A stretch of 64,000 nt of DNA from a virus. Taxonomy: Duplodnaviria; Caudoviricetes. Location of the stretch: positions 32,001-96,000 of IMG/VR virus record IMGVR_UViG_2548876794_000003; one strand, 5' to 3'. The position numbers were made by a program, and so were the translations under genes. Below, in pieces: positions 60,207 to 64,000 of the stretch. The stretch's first letter is position 1; every line of letters starts with the position of its first letter. A model generated the notes under the pieces. That model had not been told where the DNA came from, ran no database searches, and saw only the letters and a list, made by a program, of their open reading frames with translations.

Positions 60207-60818
60207 ATGTATTCAATTAATACAACGTCACCATTCGTCAATTACGTTCCGACTGGCACCGCTTCAAAGAAAAATGACGCAGGCAAGGTTGCGACAACGT
60301 GGGATTCATCCATTGGCCGCAAACGATACTATTCGTCATTGAATGCGGAAATCTACATAGGCAGTTACTTTATTGATGAAATTATTTCAATTCAATATAG
60401 TGTACAGCAAAACAGTATGCCGCTATCTGGCTACAATTCATACACATACGATGAAGTAGCTAATGGTAGTCGTATCGTTCAAGGTCAATTCGTCATCAAC
60501 TTAACACGTCCTAACTATTTGTTCGACCTAATGAAAAAGGTCAACTTAAACAAAGATGTGGTTGTAGAGAAGAAAAATGGCGAGACCGTTACATACAAAC
60601 AAAAATACACGTCGCTCGAACGAGATAAACGACCATTGTTCTACTCTGAATTCAACATCGAAGTGATGTTCGGCAAGCAGAATTCGCAAGGTGATGCTGC
60701 GTTTCATGTACTTGAAAACGTATCAATCACAGGTAGTCAAATCGCATTAGATACAACTGGGCAACCTGTCGGTGAAGTGTATAGCTTCATGGCAAAAGAC
60801 ATTGTACCAATCGGATAA
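60207..60818 (+). CDS. Third tube-like protein
   Basis: IQYSV..PLSGY..GSRIVQGQFVI..YSFMAKDI parallels the tube paralogs. Confidence 0.6.
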   Translation: MYSINTTSPFVNYVPTGTASKKNDAGKVATTWDSSIGRKRYYSSLNAEIYIGSYFIDEIISIQYSVQQNSMPLSGYNSYTYDEVANGSRIVQGQFVINLTRPNYLFDLMKKVNLNKDVVVEKKNGETVTYKQKYTSLERDKRPLFYSEFNIEVMFGKQNSQGDAAFHVLENVSITGSQIALDTTGQPVGEVYSFMAKDIVPIG

Positions 60819-60836
60819 AGAAGGGGAGAACCATTC

Positions 60837-61451
60837 ATGAAAATTAAAGACTTTACTAACGCTGGACTAGCTGACAATTCAGTGGTCGCACCTAGCGAGC
60901 CAGTAGCTCCAGTAGCTATGACAACAGAGAAACAAAATGTTACAGAGGAAATTGAAATCCAAGCAGAAAATGCAACAGAAGAAGTGATGGTTGCACCAAC
61001 AAATGCTATTCAATCAGATACTCCAACGTTTGATTATGCAGATTCAAAAGACTTGTATAAAGGATTAGGAAAACGACCGAAACGCAAGTATGAAAAATTC
61101 GAAGATATTCCAGCCGAAGTCATCGAATCATTTAAACGTAAATACGGTCGCATCTTCTCATTAACATTCCAGAGCGATAAGTTTATTGTACGAACAGTTC
61201 CTCGTGATATTTATACACAAGGTATGCTAAATTCAACTGCAGAATTAACACAAGAAGATTTAGCAAAAGAACACGTTGACTCTCGTAACCAACGCATCTA
61301 TACGCGACAAGAATTCTTCGCATCACAAATTGTTTTATGGCCAGAAGATGCAGAATGGCTATTACGTGAAAACGCAGGTTATGCAGCATCTATTACGGAT
61401 GAAGCGATTTTACGTTCTGGTTTTGAAATCCCTACATCGGAAGAGCTGTAG
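60837..61451 (+). CDS. Putative tail assembly chaperone 1
   Basis: Position before TMP; KRKYGRIF..FIVR..SGF. Confidence 0.55.
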   Translation: MKIKDFTNAGLADNSVVAPSEPVAPVAMTTEKQNVTEEIEIQAENATEEVMVAPTNAIQSDTPTFDYADSKDLYKGLGKRPKRKYEKFEDIPAEVIESFKRKYGRIFSLTFQSDKFIVRTVPRDIYTQGMLNSTAELTQEDLAKEHVDSRNQRIYTRQEFFASQIVLWPEDAEWLLRENAGYAASITDEAILRSGFEIPTSEEL

Positions 61452-61463
61452 GGGGTAACATTT

Positions 61464-62255
61464 ATGCGAGTAGAGGGGCAAGTTACAACAGAAGCGGAGA
61501 CTCTTCCTGTACCAGAAGTTGATTTAACAGAGCTGTTTATCAATCTGTCAGAAGAACACCGCAATGTATTCATCACAACAATTGGTCAACAGCTATTCAT
61601 CTATCGTTCGCTTGGGCGCAAAGAATATAGCGACATCTTAGAGAACCCAGACCTAACTGATTTTTCAAGAGAAGAAGTTATCTGCGATGTTTGCACATTA
61701 TACCCACGCAACTTTAATTTCAAAAAATGTTCAGCTGGCACACCAACTATCCTGCGCAAGAAAATCTTAAAAGATTCTTTACTGGATAGTTTAGAAGCCC
61801 GTCGAAACATTCTTATCTACTATCGCTCTGAAATGTACACTCTCGAAAATCAAATTACGTGCATTATCAATGAAGCATTTCCGAACCTTGATATTGAAGA
61901 AATCGAAGCGTGGGACATTGAAAAAACGACGAAATACTTAACGCGCGCTGAATGGAAACTTCAAAATTTACGTGGTGTTCCATTTGCTGATTACTTGGAC
62001 ATGTTAGTAGATGAAGACGCGGTGTCAGATGAAGCTGGAACAGATGCAATGCCAGAGAATTCTACAACAGTATCTAAGAAGAAATCAGAACCAGCTAAGA
62101 AAGGTGTCCCGTTGACAACAGAGCAGAAGCAAGAGTTGGCACGACTAAAAGCGAAGTACCCAGAAATTGATTGGGATAAAGAATCCGTTTTAACTGGGAA
62201 CATTCGAAAAGAAGGCGTGGACGACGTAGCACCAGCGCTACGCACACCTAAATAA
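61464..62255 (+). CDS. Putative tail assembly chaperone 2
   Basis: NVFIT..FIYRSLGRKEY, similar to chaperone 1. Confidence 0.55.
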   Translation: MRVEGQVTTEAETLPVPEVDLTELFINLSEEHRNVFITTIGQQLFIYRSLGRKEYSDILENPDLTDFSREEVICDVCTLYPRNFNFKKCSAGTPTILRKKILKDSLLDSLEARRNILIYYRSEMYTLENQITCIINEAFPNLDIEEIEAWDIEKTTKYLTRAEWKLQNLRGVPFADYLDMLVDEDAVSDEAGTDAMPENSTTVSKKKSEPAKKGVPLTTEQKQELARLKAKYPEIDWDKESVLTGNIRKEGVDDVAPALRTPK

Positions 62256-62282
62256 TAATTACATACGAAGGAGTGATATTGT

Positions 62283-64000
62283 ATGGAGGATAAACTGCGT
62301 GAAGAAAAGCAGCAGTCCCCATTCGACCACATCGTCTCCTATGGGACAGCAGCTCTATCTTTAGGATTTGGAGCTGCTGTTTTTAATAAAGAAGGCGGAT
62401 TGAAAATGGTGGCGAATGCGAGTACCGTATTAAAGCGCGCAACTGGTGATCTGCAGGAACAATTTGCACAGGTAGACCGCAGTAATTTTACAACGAAAGA
62501 TTTGAAGAATCTCTACAATCGTGCCTTCCACGATCAAACAGGTGGATTTAAAGGCGCTAAAAAATATATAGACGAGGGACACAACGCCCCCTCACTGCGA
62601 GTCGATGGTTCTAGTGGCGTATTGAACTCTTTACGACAAGTCGAGAACAAACTGGCCACGTTCGAAAACGACGCAAAGAATGGCTTCATCGAGCGTACTG
62701 TACTTCGACCACTTGCAAATAAACATAATGACCGTTACAAATTCGAAGCCGTTGAAGATAAGAAACGTTTGGACCAACTAATCTACTTCATGAATAAAAA
62801 CATCTCGAACAAAATGGCTATCTACAAGAAAGCCGACTCGTTAAAAATTGCGAATAAGATGGGCGGCCGTAGCCAAATTGATTCTATTTATGAAGAATTA
62901 AAATCAATCAAAACTGCGAAGGAGAAAAGTTATACTGTCGATAAAGAATTCGACCAAAAAATCCTGAGTGACCTTCGCGAAAAAGCCTACGACATTAATG
63001 CACTAGAACGTACGCATGGCACGATACGAAAGCCAGACAAGATGCTGTCACCAGAGCAAATGGTTACAGTTAAAGACGTCTTAGATAATCCAGAGCTCTA
63101 TCGTGAATCTATGTTGAGTAGGCGAGTGAAAGGCAGTAAAGAACCGCAAGTCATGCCAGCCATTCAATACCTGCAGGAAAAAATGCAAGATTTTACGAAT
63201 AGGGGAGAAGGAGAGCGTTTCGGACAATTGCTTATGGACCGCAGTGTTTTACGTCGTGATATAAAGACTAACGAGGTATATTCTCTGAAAGACTTCCACG
63301 ACTTGGTTGCAAACCCGATTGATGAATTTGGTACAACAATGATTGGTAAAATTTTAAAAGTATTCGATGTTAAGAAGCGATTCGAGCAACCATCATTCTT
63401 ACGGATAAATCCAGGCCCACAAACAATGGACGCCCTACTCGCTTCGAGCGAAGGAAGTAAAACCGCATCTATTAATAATACATATTTCCGTTTGTACGAC
63501 AGAACATATCGTCAAACAAATGATGGTTTAGAAGAAGTTGAAGCACTGAGAGATTCCTACTTGGTTTCTAAAAACGGTACTGTACGTTCATTGTATGGTG
63601 ATATGATTGGCGATCGTGGCCATCGTACGACAGATAGCAAGTGGCGAAACGCATTAGATATTGGCAAGACTTCGGGTATTACGTTCTTCGATATGATTGG
63701 CAACATCTCTGAATATGGTGGTTCAAATACAAACCCACGCGTTGCTATTGAATCTTTAGTGAAGAACGGACTCGATAATTTAAGCGAGCTTGCCACAGCA
63801 AAACAAACATACAAAGATGCTGCTGAAAGGTTAAAAGTCGTGAACGCTTCGACAACTGTGACTGACGAAGAGAAGGCAGCTTTATACGCAATGCGTGATG
63901 CAGGATTTGAAACGATTGATAAGTATGTAGAGCAATCACGTACTGTTTACCGATTTTATGATAAGAATGCACAGGCATCTAATAACGACACAATTAGACG
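62283..64000 (+). CDS. Probable tape measure/large tail protein (runs off window)
   Basis: AAGGAGTGA RBS, ATG 62283, apparently open to the window end, after the chaperones. Confidence 0.6.
   Translation, partial: MEDKLREEKQQSPFDHIVSYGTAALSLGFGAAVFNKEGGLKMVANASTVLKRATGDLQEQFAQVDRSNFTTKDLKNLYNRAFHDQTGGFKGAKKYIDEGHNAPSLRVDGSSGVLNSLRQVENKLATFENDAKNGFIERTVLRPLANKHNDRYKFEAVEDKKRLDQLIYFMNKNISNKMAIYKKADSLKIANKMGGRSQIDSIYEELKSIKTAKEKSYTVDKEFDQKILSDLREKAYDINALERTHGTIRKPDKMLSPEQMVTVKDVLDNPELYRESMLSRRVKGSKEPQVMPAIQYLQEKMQDFTNRGEGERFGQLLMDRSVLRRDIKTNEVYSLKDFHDLVANPIDEFGTTMIGKILKVFDVKKRFEQPSFLRINPGPQTMDALLASSEGSKTASINNTYFRLYDRTYRQTNDGLEEVEALRDSYLVSKNGTVRSLYGDMIGDRGHRTTDSKWRNALDIGKTSGITFFDMIGNISEYGGSNTNPRVAIESLVKNGLDNLSELATAKQTYKDAAERLKVVNASTTVTDEEKAALYAMRDAGFETIDKYVEQSRTVYRFYDKNAQASNNDTIR

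Noticed and set aside
1-64000. tRNA, rRNA, integrase or transposase genes
   Set aside because: None recognisable by eye

Overview
AT-rich Firmicutes (Bacillales-like) large myovirus, probably a phage-plasmid because it carries a ParA/RHH partition module and a 1.3-kb octamer array. The window has three parts. (1) At 1-1.3 kb is the 3' end of an Rhs/WapA toxin gene and its immunity gene. (2) A minus-strand arm (1.4-33.4 kb) holds small accessory/early genes, par, a HigBA-like TA pair, an adenine MTase, RNase H and a YonO/cellular-RdRP-type two-barrel RNA polymerase split into two genes. That polymerase unit is bracketed by a twister ribozyme upstream and a hammerhead ribozyme downstream, with hairpin-dense spacers. 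(3) A plus-strand morphogenesis arm (33.7-64 kb) holds terS, terL, portal-MuF, protease, capsid, sheath, three tube-like genes, chaperones and the start of the tape measure. terL is interrupted exactly in Walker A and just after Walker B by two group I introns. These carry three ORFs with no homing-endonuclease motifs, two of them paralogous. Five genes are broken by a single missing base in A/T homopolymers, most likely sequencing error. All calls come from reading motifs by eye; no database searches were run.
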